Positions 28,737-38,851 of a DNA stretch of 64,000 nucleotides are shown one piece after another. The position numbers and the translations under genes were made by a program. The notes below the pieces were generated by a model. The model saw nothing but the letters and a program-made list of their open reading frames with translations. It had not been told where the DNA came from and did no database searches. Each line of letters starts with the position of its first letter. The stretch's first letter is position 1. The stretch is from the NCBI GenBank assembly GCA_016287985.1, contig JAEEXX010000001.1, forward strand, positions 12,717-76,716, written 5' to 3'. The stretch comes from Candidatus Gastranaerophilales bacterium. Lineage in GTDB: Bacteria; Cyanobacteriota; Vampirovibrionia; Gastranaerophilales; Gastranaerophilaceae.

Positions 28737-30052
28737 TGATATTATCTGATTTAGTTGGTATTATTGCAGATGATTTAACCGGTGCAAATGATACTGCTGT
28801 GCAGTTTCATAAGCGTGGTGCAAGCACGAAAATTTTACTTGATAGTGAATATACACCAAAAATTAAAGCCGGAACAGAGGTTTGGGCTTTATCAAGCGAG
28901 TCAAGGAATGTTCCGCCTGATGTGGCTGTCGGTCGTGTTGAACATGCTATTGAAACACTTTCAACAAATTTTTCTTTTGATTATTACTACAAAAAAATTG
29001 ACTCAACCCTAAGAGGACATATTGCACTTGAAACACTCACAATATTAAATATTCTGGAATATGATGCCGCCGTGATTGTACCTGCATTTCCTCAAGAAGG
29101 AAGAATTACCGTCGGAGGGTATCATTTGATAAAAGGGGTTCCAATAGGCAAAACCGAAATTGCCATAGATCCGCATTCACCTATTACAGAGTCGCACGTT
29201 CCTACGCTCCTGCAAAATCAGCTGGGAGAGAATTCTGCTGATATTGTCGGAACCATTGACTTGAGAACAGTTATGAACGGCGCAGGCCCGATTTTGGTAA
29301 AGATAAATGAGCTTATTAAAGAAGGTAAACAATTAATTGTAGCAGATGCAACGTCTCTAACTGACATCGAACAAATAGCCCTTGCTGTTAATAAGTGTGA
29401 AAAGAAAATTCTACCCGCAGGGACTGCAGCTCTTGCACAAATTCTTTCTAAATACTGGCTCGCCGGAATTGAAAAAGAAGATGTTTCTGTATGCGTAGAT
29501 AAATTACCCAAGCTTATTATCTCCGGTACAGCTACGCAAATTACAGCTAACCAAATACAAAAACTGGAACAGTCTGATGATATTGAAAATATTAACTTTA
29601 TTCCGCTTGACACAAAAGATATATTGGATAACACAAAAGAAGAATTGATTGAACGTATAGTTGCAAATTTACGCAGCAATGTCACTGTTTGTATCCATAC
29701 TTCAAGCTTAATCGCAAATTTCGACGGCTTTTCGGAAGATTCTTTGAATGCAGAACTGACAAAAGAAAAACTTGCATATATGATAACTGACTATCTGGCA
29801 GAATTAACCAGAAAAATAGTTGAAAGAATTAAAGTTATGTTGATAACACTTGGAGGAGAAACTTCTTATAAATGCTGTAAAGCATTGAATTCAAACGAAT
29901 TACAAATTATAGATGAAGTAATTCCGGCAATTCCCCTCTGTTATGACATAAATCAAAATTGGATAATAACAAAATCAGGTAATTTAGGGAACAACAATAC
30001 TTTAATTGAAATCCTACAATATCTTGATAAGCATACTAAAGAAGATTCATGA
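28736..30052 (+). CDS. Four-carbon acid sugar kinase family (DUF1537, DtnK/OtnK-like)
   Basis: IIADDLTGANDT, YKKIDSTLRG, PAFP..GR, GGETS and TKSGNLG motifs. Confidence 0.9.
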   Translation: MILSDLVGIIADDLTGANDTAVQFHKRGASTKILLDSEYTPKIKAGTEVWALSSESRNVPPDVAVGRVEHAIETLSTNFSFDYYYKKIDSTLRGHIALETLTILNILEYDAAVIVPAFPQEGRITVGGYHLIKGVPIGKTEIAIDPHSPITESHVPTLLQNQLGENSADIVGTIDLRTVMNGAGPILVKINELIKEGKQLIVADATSLTDIEQIALAVNKCEKKILPAGTAALAQILSKYWLAGIEKEDVSVCVDKLPKLIISGTATQITANQIQKLEQSDDIENINFIPLDTKDILDNTKEELIERIVANLRSNVTVCIHTSSLIANFDGFSEDSLNAELTKEKLAYMITDYLAELTRKIVERIKVMLITLGGETSYKCCKALNSNELQIIDEVIPAIPLCYDINQNWIITKSGNLGNNNTLIEILQYLDKHTKEDS

Positions 30053-30987
30053 CAAATAATCACTCGGAAAAAATTGCAATTTTAACAGGCGACCCGAACG
30101 GCATTGGGACAGAAATAACCATTAAGGCGCTTAATTCACTTAATTTACCACCAAGTAAAATTTTAATTATTTCTAATCAAAAAATTTTAAATACATACGG
30201 CAAATTAAATCTACCTTATGAAGTAACTGAAATACCTTATGAAAGCAAAATAACCCCCGGCAAAATTACAAAAGAAGCCGGAGATTTTTCATTTCGTGCA
30301 TTGAAAAAAGCATGTGAAATTCGCCCGCAATTTATAGTAACAGCTCCGACTTCAAAAGAAGCAATGCATCTTGCAGGGCATAATTATAACGGACAAACTG
30401 AAGTTTTGGAACATTTTCTTGCTCACGACGGACAAAAAGCGGAAATGCTATTTGTATCTAAAGATTTCAGAGTTTTGCTTTTAACCCGTCATTTACCGTT
30501 AAATGAAGTTAGTTCAACCATTACAGAAAATTACCTAATTGATAAAATTCAAAGATTACAAAATCACTTCAAAACGAAATTGAATATAAATAAACCTTCA
30601 TTCGCTTTATGCGCATTAAATCCACATGCCGGAGAAAACGGGATACTGGGAAATGAAGAAAATACAATTATGATTCCTGCTGTCGAAAAATTAAGAGCCG
30701 ACGGGATTAACATAACAAACCCGATGAGCGCTGATAATTTATTTATTAAGGCGGTACAAAACTATTTGAAAGACGAAAAAATACCTTATAATTGTTATAT
30801 AGCTTGTTATCATGACCAAGGATTAATTCCTATTAAATCTATTGCTTCTGAAAAAACAGTAAATATGACTATAGGACTTGATATAATAAGAACTTCACCC
30901 AGCCACGGAACAGCATTTGATATTGCAGGAAAGAATATTGCTAACCCCGAATCTATGATAGAAGCAATTAAAGCTTGTCTTTGGTAA
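30049..30987 (+). CDS. pdxA: 4-hydroxythreonine-4-phosphate dehydrogenase PdxA/PdxA2
   Basis: GDPNGIG.E, LNPHAGE, YHDQGLIP.K and RTSPSHGTAFDIAG motifs. Confidence 0.93.
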   Translation: MTNNHSEKIAILTGDPNGIGTEITIKALNSLNLPPSKILIISNQKILNTYGKLNLPYEVTEIPYESKITPGKITKEAGDFSFRALKKACEIRPQFIVTAPTSKEAMHLAGHNYNGQTEVLEHFLAHDGQKAEMLFVSKDFRVLLLTRHLPLNEVSSTITENYLIDKIQRLQNHFKTKLNINKPSFALCALNPHAGENGILGNEENTIMIPAVEKLRADGINITNPMSADNLFIKAVQNYLKDEKIPYNCYIACYHDQGLIPIKSIASEKTVNMTIGLDIIRTSPSHGTAFDIAGKNIANPESMIEAIKACLW

Positions 30988-31031
30988 AAACCCTATTCAC
31001 CATTCACTTTTTACCGTTGTATAATAATCCT

Positions 31032-32900
31032 ATGGATTATCTTAATAACAAATTTGATGTAATTGTTGTAGGTGCGGGACACGCAGGCTGTGAAGCAGCT
31101 CTTTCAGCTGCCAAATTGGGGTGCAACGTACTTTTATGTACACTTAATCTTGATAATATTGCGCTTCAACCCTGTAATCCTGCAATCGGAGGTCCGGCAA
31201 AATCCACTCTTGTTCGTGAAATTGATGCTCTTGGCGGAATTATGGGCGAAGTCGCAGATGCTACTTATCTTCAGATGAAAACACTCAATCTTTCAAAAGG
31301 ACCGGCTGTCAGGGCATTAAGGGCGCAATCCGATAAAAAAGAATATACAAAATACATGCGAAATATTCTTGAAAATACTCCGAATATTTGGCTGAAACAG
31401 TGTTGTATAACCGGACTTAAAACCAAAGACGGGAAAATTACAGGCGCAGTTGATGAATACGGAATCGAATATTCATGCAATGCCGTTATTTTAACAACGG
31501 GAACTTCTTTAGAAGGTAAATTGTGGATTGGCTTAAACAGCTATGATGGCGGAAGATTGGGAGAGCGTGGAGCTTATGGGCTTTCACAATGGCTCAGAGA
31601 TAACGGAATTAAAACAAAAAAACTTAAAACAGGTACTCCGGCAAGGGTTGATAAACGTACTATTGATTATTCAAAAATGACAGTTCAGCCGGGGGATGAA
31701 AAATTGAGTTTTTATTCATTCAAGCCGAATCGCCCAATAAGACCACAATATCCATGTTATCTGACACGTACAAACGAAGATACTCATAAAATTATAAGAG
31801 CAAACCTTGATAAATCCCCAATGTACCAAGGTTTGATTCAAGGGGTCGGACCTCGTTACTGTCCTTCAATTGAGGATAAAATTGTACGTTTTGCCTCAAA
31901 CCCATCTCACCACATTTTTATTGAACCCGAAGGTTTGAACACATATGAAGTCTATATTCAAGGATTTTCAACGAGTTTACCCGCATGCGTTCAAGTTGAG
32001 ATGATACGCTCACTTCCAGGACTGGAAAAAGCTCACATAATTAAACCCGCTTATGCCGTCGAATACGATTATGTTCCCGCTGTCCAGACAAAACATTCTT
32101 TGATGTCCAAAGATATTGAGGGTTTGTTCTTTGCAGGGCAGATTAACGGTACGAGCGGATATGAAGAAGCAGCCGGACAAGGTTTAATAGCTGGAATAAA
32201 CGCAGTGAGATACCTAAACCATTCTGAAATGATTGAACTTTCAAGGAGTTCATCATACATCGGTACATTGATTGACGATTTGGTCACAAAAGATATTCAG
32301 GAACCATACAGAATGTTAACTTCACGCTCAGAATACAGACTTTTGTTAAGACAGGATAACGCAGATTCAAGACTTACAGAGCTCGGACATGATATAGGTT
32401 TGGTTGATGATACCCAATATGCAAGATTTAGAGAAAAACAAGAGCGCATTCAGTCTGAAATTATACGTCTGAAAGGAGCAAAAATCCCTGCGACTGATGA
32501 GGTGAATGAGATTCTGGCAAAATATGGCGAACATATCGATTGCGGTATCAGAATGGCAGATTTGCTCAAACGTCCGAATATTAATTACAACATATTTGAA
32601 GAAATAGATTCCGAAACCAAAGCACTCGGACTAACTGACGATATAAAGGAGGAAGTCGAAGTTTTAATAAAATATGACGGTTATCTACAAAGACAAGAAC
32701 AACAGGTAGAAACAGCCGAAAAGCTTGAAAAATACAAAATCCCTGCAAATATTGATTACAAACAGATTAAACATATTTCAAACGAAACCCGTGATTTGCT
32801 TGAAAAAATACGCCCGCAAAATCTTGCACAGGCTTCACGAATCGGAGGAGTGAAACCGGCTGATATTTCGGTTCTGATGGTTATGCTAAAAGGGGGGTAA
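31032..32900 (+). CDS. mnmG: tRNA uridine-5-carboxymethylaminomethyl modification enzyme MnmG
   Basis: VVGAGHAGCEAA, CNPAIGG, GPRYCPSIEDK and GQINGTSGYEEAA motifs; start reassigned to ATG 31032. Confidence 0.98.
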   Translation: MDYLNNKFDVIVVGAGHAGCEAALSAAKLGCNVLLCTLNLDNIALQPCNPAIGGPAKSTLVREIDALGGIMGEVADATYLQMKTLNLSKGPAVRALRAQSDKKEYTKYMRNILENTPNIWLKQCCITGLKTKDGKITGAVDEYGIEYSCNAVILTTGTSLEGKLWIGLNSYDGGRLGERGAYGLSQWLRDNGIKTKKLKTGTPARVDKRTIDYSKMTVQPGDEKLSFYSFKPNRPIRPQYPCYLTRTNEDTHKIIRANLDKSPMYQGLIQGVGPRYCPSIEDKIVRFASNPSHHIFIEPEGLNTYEVYIQGFSTSLPACVQVEMIRSLPGLEKAHIIKPAYAVEYDYVPAVQTKHSLMSKDIEGLFFAGQINGTSGYEEAAGQGLIAGINAVRYLNHSEMIELSRSSSYIGTLIDDLVTKDIQEPYRMLTSRSEYRLLLRQDNADSRLTELGHDIGLVDDTQYARFREKQERIQSEIIRLKGAKIPATDEVNEILAKYGEHIDCGIRMADLLKRPNINYNIFEEIDSETKALGLTDDIKEEVEVLIKYDGYLQRQEQQVETAEKLEKYKIPANIDYKQIKHISNETRDLLEKIRPQNLAQASRIGGVKPADISVLMVMLKGG

Positions 32901-33220
32901 ATATATTTATTTTGGTGTAGTAGTTACATCACAAAAACTGTAACTATTTATTTTCAGATACTTTTTTATCGCTTTTTGTAATTTTCAATGTATCATTTTC
33001 CATTGTATAACGAACCATATTAACTTTTGGATCTATATCAAGAAATTTTAAAACTGTAGCATTAAGACTTAATGCCCAACCATTACCATTTCTCATCAAT
33101 TTTCTATCATACGTCATATTACATTTAACCTTACATTATACTTGACAATATAATACTTTTTCATTAAATTTATTTCTAATATTACAAATAACCATATTAT
33201 GTATGTACGTGGAGGTAAAT

Positions 33221-33496
33221 ATGCTTAGACTTGCAAGATATATTGAACACGAATTTGACAGAAATTTGGTGTATTTCGCTCAGGCGCACAGTCGTTGCAT
33301 GGCATCGTACGATTTTATCAATTACATTATGTCTGATACAAACATAATACAATTGAATGAAGAGGAGCAAAAATATGTCGAACAAATCAAAGATTGTTAT
33401 ATCAATATCGCTTCACTCAGCAATGAAATCACTTCCGAAATAAGTAAATATAAACTGGCATACGAAAGTTTTTTACTTGAAGAAGATTTTGATTAA
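33221..33496 (+). CDS. Small hypothetical protein
   Basis: GGAGG RBS before ATG 33221; TTGACA-N17-TAAATT at 33142-33170. Confidence 0.65.
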   Translation: MLRLARYIEHEFDRNLVYFAQAHSRCMASYDFINYIMSDTNIIQLNEEEQKYVEQIKDCYINIASLSNEITSEISKYKLAYESFLLEEDFD

Positions 33497-33519
33497 TTTA
33501 TATCTTTACCTCGATATCA

Positions 33520-34530
33520 CTATCCAAATTTAATATATGCCTTAAAAATCTTGTTAGCAATCGTATCGTCGAAAGCCTGCTGAATATTTTCCAAGGAGTA
33601 AACGGTGGTCAGATTTTTGACATTTACCCTGCCTGACGTAATCAAATCAAAAGAGTCTTTTAAATCACGAGGTGACGGCGAATAACTGCCGAGAACAGTT
33701 AATTCCTTGTAATAAATTTCGTTATTCGGATAACCGTTACTCAGAGGAGTGCTCGAAAATACAAGTATTTTCCCGCCCTGTTTTACTGCCTTTAATGCAA
33801 CATCAATAGCTTTGTCTGCACCGGATGTCATAAAAACAGCATCCACTCCGTAATTTTCTGTTTTTCCCTTAATGATTTTATCAAAACATTCCAAATCTCT
33901 TGAATTAAAAGATTCAATTCCTCTTGAAGATGCAAGTTTTATTCTTTCCTCAATCAAATCGCACCCATAAACCTTGTATCCATGGGCTTTTAATCCCTCA
34001 GCCATAATTAAACCAATTGAACCCAAGCCTACAACAAGAATTTTGTCACCTCTTGTTAAATTACACCTTTTTATTGCCCTTATACAACATCCCAAAGGCT
34101 CATAAAATGAAATTTCTTCATCAGAGAATCCAACAGGAACTTTATGAGCAACATTTTTAAGATGTTCTTCAGACAAGTAAATTTTTTCGCTAAAACCTCC
34201 GGGGATAATATTGGTTTCCTTAAAATGTTTGCACATGGAATAATTCCCGTGTTTGCAATAGGTACATTCAAAACACGGAATATGATGTGAAGAAACTATC
34301 CTATCACCTTTATCGAACTTTGTATCAGAATTAATTTCTTCAATAATTCCGACAATTTCGTGCCCCAAAACCGTACCGTCTTTGGCAATTTTATGCTTGA
34401 ATTTAACAATATCCGAACCGCAAAGTCCGCAGCCTAAAACTTTTACAATTGCGCCTTTTCTGTTATTTAGTTTTATATCTTCAACTTCTTTGATAACTAT
34501 TTCTTCACCATTTACTTGAGCTGTTTTCAT
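33520..34530 (-). CDS. Zinc-dependent medium-chain alcohol dehydrogenase
   Basis: GLCGSD, GHE, C..C..C...C structural Zn site and GLGSIG. Confidence 0.93.
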   Translation of the reverse strand: MKTAQVNGEEIVIKEVEDIKLNNRKGAIVKVLGCGLCGSDIVKFKHKIAKDGTVLGHEIVGIIEEINSDTKFDKGDRIVSSHHIPCFECTYCKHGNYSMCKHFKETNIIPGGFSEKIYLSEEHLKNVAHKVPVGFSDEEISFYEPLGCCIRAIKRCNLTRGDKILVVGLGSIGLIMAEGLKAHGYKVYGCDLIEERIKLASSRGIESFNSRDLECFDKIIKGKTENYGVDAVFMTSGADKAIDVALKAVKQGGKILVFSSTPLSNGYPNNEIYYKELTVLGSYSPSPRDLKDSFDLITSGRVNVKNLTTVYSLENIQQAFDDTIANKIFKAYIKFG

Positions 34531-34539
34531 TTTTAATCC

Positions 34540-35415
34540 TTATTTATAATACTCGGAGTTTATTTTCGCAAATTTTGTATTTACATAAAAATATTTTAAA
34601 ATCTGATAGGCATTATAACCTTTCTTCGCCAAATTATTTGCCCCATATTGGCTCATTCCTACACCATGTCCGTTCTTTTTTATACCGTCATCAAAAGAAG
34701 GCACTGACCTGAGCCAAGCCAATTCTTTTGTCCAAACCTGTCCGGAAGAACGGGTTCTTCCGCCTGCAGATGCAGAATAAAACGCAGGTATAATTTTCCC
34801 GTCATAAATTAAAACAATCCCTTCAGTTTCGGAAACGGCATTGTTCGTATTAACAGTTTCTGCACTTGCTCCGCCATAGGCTTGGTCTTCCGGTGTGTCT
34901 TTCAGGTCGTATCCGTATTTTCCCCGTTTACCAAGATTCGCCAGAGCATAACTTCTTGCAGCAATTGCCTGTGCTTTGTGTGCATCGTGTTCCCAGCTTG
35001 ACGGCATTTCAGACGGCACTACCCCTTGTAAATATTTTTCAATAGGAACATCATTTATGACAATTAAACCTGCTCCGTTATTTACAAGCATAAAATGCCC
35101 TCTGTACCATTTTCGTTTTACACTTACAAAACCATTTGGTTCAGGTTTAATAACTATTTTGTTACTGTTGATTTTGCAGAATTTTCCGTCCACTTTTATT
35201 GCAATATAGCTTTTGTAAGGTTTAAACTCGTAACCTTTCATTTTGTCCATTGTGTAAATGAGCTTGTTAGTATGACAGTCAATAATTTCAGCCTTTGTAG
35301 ATGCACCAATATACGTGCGGTTGACTTCTGTCTGCAAACCTATTTTTATAGCAAAACACGGCTGTGCAAAGAACATAAACAGAAATAATATTAAAACTAC
35401 CCTAATCTTCCTCAT
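34540..35415 (-). CDS. SpoIID/LytB domain protein
   Basis: YLQGVVPSEM, KAQAIAARSYA, DQAYGG and GHGVGMSQYGA motifs; signal peptide. Confidence 0.93.
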   Translation of the reverse strand: MRKIRVVLILFLFMFFAQPCFAIKIGLQTEVNRTYIGASTKAEIIDCHTNKLIYTMDKMKGYEFKPYKSYIAIKVDGKFCKINSNKIVIKPEPNGFVSVKRKWYRGHFMLVNNGAGLIVINDVPIEKYLQGVVPSEMPSSWEHDAHKAQAIAARSYALANLGKRGKYGYDLKDTPEDQAYGGASAETVNTNNAVSETEGIVLIYDGKIIPAFYSASAGGRTRSSGQVWTKELAWLRSVPSFDDGIKKNGHGVGMSQYGANNLAKKGYNAYQILKYFYVNTKFAKINSEYYK

Positions 35416-35553
35416 AAAGACATTATAGTATGAACTTGGAATTAAGCCTAGAATAAATTGCGTTCAGAAAATTTACAAAAATTTACAAAATCTGTAATTA
35501 TTGTAATAACAAACTTTTAGACAATACGCCCACACTAAAAACCAAATTATAAT

Positions 35554-35580
35554 TAAAGTTTTTAGAAATTTTGCCGTAAT
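35554..35580 (+). promoter_or_regulatory. Sigma-28-type promoter
   Basis: TAAAGTTT-N11-GCCGTAAT. Confidence 0.7.
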
Positions 35581-35607
35581 ACATGTTGTAAAAACTAAGG
35601 GGTAAAT

Positions 35608-36618
35608 ATGTCATCGGCGGGGAATGTAAATGGTTTTATCGGAATAACAAAATCTACATTTGAGGCTTTGTTTTCAGGACTTTTATTAACAGACACTCAA
35701 AAAAAATCGGCAATCTCCATATTTAATATCTTGTCAAACAATGATGGCATATTGAGTTTTGATGACTGGAAAGAACTTGAAAATAAAATTGATATTGACG
35801 ATGACGAAAATCTCACAAATGAAGAACTGGAAGGTGCTATAGAAAAAATAAATGACAATGTATTTAATATGAGTAAATCTGTCATCATCAATTTATATCG
35901 TACGGTAGAAGATTATATTAAAGGCATTATGAGCGCAGAAGAAGAGCGTGAGGTATACTACGCCGCCAAACCTAATCCATATCGGGCGAAAGACTCAACG
36001 CATCCTGGTACTTTTGATTATAAATGGTTAGAAAAAGATTGTTGTGGTAGTACAACTTATACAGAGTGGCTAGAAAATTTAAATAATGATGGCTACGAAT
36101 ATGATGAAGAAACAGGTAATAAATTATTAAGTGCAGCAACTAGCAGCAGACACAGCGGATATTGCGCAGAATCTGTCCGAAATGGCATGAATAAAGTTAA
36201 AGTCTCTTGGTATACAAAAGTTCAAGATTCTGAACAAAATATCAAAGATGGAGAAAAAATATACAAAGAAAATAAATTAATACATGGAATAAAACCTCAA
36301 GGACATGCATACAAATATGCATCTGAATTTGTAAATAATCCGTATTTCAAAGAAATACCTCATAATATTGTTGCAACTATGGATTTAAACTCATTACCCA
36401 TTGGCTGTATTTTTATCTATGATGCACAATATAAAGTTTCACCAAAGGCAAAAGATCCTAACAAGATTAATCATCCGTCTGGTCATTTGGGAGTTAAAGC
36501 CACTCCCCCAGAAGCAAAAGAAGGCAAGGATGAAGGCGGAGGCCGGCAATCACTGGCACTTAAAAAGCAAGCTACACATATAAGAGTCTTTATGCCAGTC
36601 AAACCAACATGGGTATAG
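35608..36618 (+). CDS. EF-hand-like N-terminus fused to a putative papain-like (NlpC/P60/CHAP-type) amidase domain
   Basis: NNDGILSFDDW and DIDDDENLTNEEL loops; SGYCAESVR...LPIGCIFIY...SGHLGV Cys/His pattern. Confidence 0.55.
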   Translation: MSSAGNVNGFIGITKSTFEALFSGLLLTDTQKKSAISIFNILSNNDGILSFDDWKELENKIDIDDDENLTNEELEGAIEKINDNVFNMSKSVIINLYRTVEDYIKGIMSAEEEREVYYAAKPNPYRAKDSTHPGTFDYKWLEKDCCGSTTYTEWLENLNNDGYEYDEETGNKLLSAATSSRHSGYCAESVRNGMNKVKVSWYTKVQDSEQNIKDGEKIYKENKLIHGIKPQGHAYKYASEFVNNPYFKEIPHNIVATMDLNSLPIGCIFIYDAQYKVSPKAKDPNKINHPSGHLGVKATPPEAKEGKDEGGGRQSLALKKQATHIRVFMPVKPTWV

Positions 36619-37269
36619 CTACAGAGGAGTTGCCGTAGCAAAACATGTAATGTCATTTATTCCTGCATTTTTCAGGGTTGTTATCATTTCTTCAAAAGTC
36701 GAACCTGTTGTGCAAATATCATCCATTATAAGAAGTGCTGTATCAGGACATATTTGTGTTTCGTCGACTTCAAATGCCTGATAAAGATTGCACATACGTT
36801 CTTTTCTATTCAGATTATATTGCGGCTTTGTGTCTTTTACTCGTTTTATTAAATTAAAATTACTTTCAAAATCTCCCAATTTCCCAAACTCCTCGCAAAC
36901 CAGTTCCATATGATTATATTTTCTTTTTTTAATACGATTTAAGTGCAAAGGAACAGGAATTAAAACAAATTTTTTATTTTTGAGAAATGATATATTACAA
37001 AAATAATCATACATAAATTTTGCCTGATAGTATGCAAGCTCTTTTTGTCTGTGATATTTCAACCCTCTTATCATTTTTTGAAGTTCTTTAGTATATGTTC
37101 CCGCACAATAAATATTAACTCCGTCAATTATTCTGTTTGGTACAAAACTTGAATATTCAAGTTTATCAAAACAATTTTGGCACATTTTAACCGAATGTTT
37201 AGAACTTCCACAAAAATAACACTTTTTGCGGTAAATTAAGTCTAACAAAGATTCCAAAAACTTAAGCAT
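36619..37269 (-). CDS. comF: ComF family amidophosphoribosyltransferase-like protein
   Basis: C..C/C..C zinc ribbon, IPVPLH and MDDICTTGST motifs. Confidence 0.9.
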   Translation of the reverse strand: MLKFLESLLDLIYRKKCYFCGSSKHSVKMCQNCFDKLEYSSFVPNRIIDGVNIYCAGTYTKELQKMIRGLKYHRQKELAYYQAKFMYDYFCNISFLKNKKFVLIPVPLHLNRIKKRKYNHMELVCEEFGKLGDFESNFNLIKRVKDTKPQYNLNRKERMCNLYQAFEVDETQICPDTALLIMDDICTTGSTFEEMITTLKNAGINDITCFATATPL

Positions 37270-37383
37270 AAAATCATTTTAAAAGAATGAATACAAAATG
37301 TAAAATTTCTTTACTTTATATTGAATCAACATATTATTTTTTATAAAATTCTTATTACACAAATCGTTTCAAGGAGAGCTTTA

Positions 37384-37605
37384 ATGAGAGAATTTAAGGG
37401 GCGCGACCCTTATATAGATTACAGAAATTCCGTACCGTTTATGGATTTATCCGGATTTGTTGTACGTCAACCAAAAATGACTGAAGAATTACCTCAAAAA
37501 TCTATGCGCGAATACTTGTTTAAAAAGAAATTCTCAACTATGATTAATCTAAGAAGATTAGAATATCAGATAAGGGTTGAGGAATATAAAAATGGCAGAG
37601 TCTAA
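37384..37605 (+). CDS. Small basic hypothetical protein
   Basis: AAGGAG RBS before ATG 37384; overlaps the proA start. Confidence 0.55.
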   Translation: MREFKGRDPYIDYRNSVPFMDLSGFVVRQPKMTEELPQKSMREYLFKKKFSTMINLRRLEYQIRVEEYKNGRV

Positions 37606-38851
37606 TTTTAAAGAGTCGGCAAAAAAGTCTAAAAAAGCATCAAAAGAGCTTTTAAACCTTTCAACAGATATAAAAAATAAAGCACTCCTTCAAATTGCAC
37701 AGGATTTAGATTTAAACAAAGATAAAATTTTTGAAGCCAACAAACTTGACCTTGAAAAAGCAAAAGAAGCATTAAAAAGCGGAGAATTAACTCAATCCGT
37801 TTATAATAGACTTAAGCTTGATGAAAACAAAATGCGAGATATGATTCAAGGAATTATTGATATATATGAACTTGATGACCCGATTGGAAAAATTTTGCTC
37901 CAAAGGAGTCTCGATACAGGTTTAATCCTTACTAAGAAATCCTGTCCAATAGGAGTCCTGGGGGTCATTTTTGAGGCGAGACCTGATGTTATTTCACAAA
38001 TCTCTGCGCTTGCCATTAAATCTTCAAATGCCGTAATTTTAAAAGGCGGTAAAGAATCTAAAAATACGAATATTGCGATTATGGATATTATTCAAAAATC
38101 TTTAGACTCTATTGGGAGTTTTCCTAAAAATGTTTTAACCCAAATTTATACAAGGGATGACGTTGCAGAAATGCTTAAGCAGGACAAGTATATTGACTTA
38201 ATTATTCCCAGAGGCGGAAATAAACTTGTACAATTTGTTAAAGAAAATACAAAAATACCGGTATTAGGACATGCCGACGGAATTTGCCATATATTTGTTG
38301 ACGAATCCGCAGATTATAATAAGGCAAAAAATATAATAATTGATGCTAAAACTCAATACCCAAGTGCTTGTAATTCTGTTGAAACATTGCTTATTCACGA
38401 AAAATTTGCGCAAAAAGATGAGTTGCTTAATGAACTAAAAAAAGCTGAAATTGAACTGACATATACTCCGGAAAGCTGGCATAAAGAATACTCGGATAAA
38501 ATTCTTGCTGTTAAAACGGTTAAATCACTTGAAGAAGCTATAGAACATATAAATGAATTCTCATCAGGTCATACAGATTCTATAATTACAGAATCCCGAG
38601 AGAATGCGGAAATATTTATGAATACTGTTGATTCAGCAGGAGTATATCATAATGTTTCCACAAGATTTGCTGACGGATTTAGATACGGGTTTGGAGCAGA
38701 AGTTGGAATTTCAACCAACAAAACTCATGCAAGAGGCCCTGTAGGATTAGAAGGTTTAACAATATATAAATACACTCTCCAAGGAAACGGAGATATTGTG
38801 AAAGATTATGTTGAAGGGAAAAAGAAATTTAATCATAAGGATTTGATATGA
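37592..38851 (+). CDS. proA: Gamma-glutamyl phosphate reductase
   Basis: PIGVLGVIFEARP, IIPRGG, PSACNSVETLL, STRFADG and HARGPVGL motifs. Confidence 0.97.
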   Translation: MAESNFKESAKKSKKASKELLNLSTDIKNKALLQIAQDLDLNKDKIFEANKLDLEKAKEALKSGELTQSVYNRLKLDENKMRDMIQGIIDIYELDDPIGKILLQRSLDTGLILTKKSCPIGVLGVIFEARPDVISQISALAIKSSNAVILKGGKESKNTNIAIMDIIQKSLDSIGSFPKNVLTQIYTRDDVAEMLKQDKYIDLIIPRGGNKLVQFVKENTKIPVLGHADGICHIFVDESADYNKAKNIIIDAKTQYPSACNSVETLLIHEKFAQKDELLNELKKAEIELTYTPESWHKEYSDKILAVKTVKSLEEAIEHINEFSSGHTDSIITESRENAEIFMNTVDSAGVYHNVSTRFADGFRYGFGAEVGISTNKTHARGPVGLEGLTIYKYTLQGNGDIVKDYVEGKKKFNHKDLI

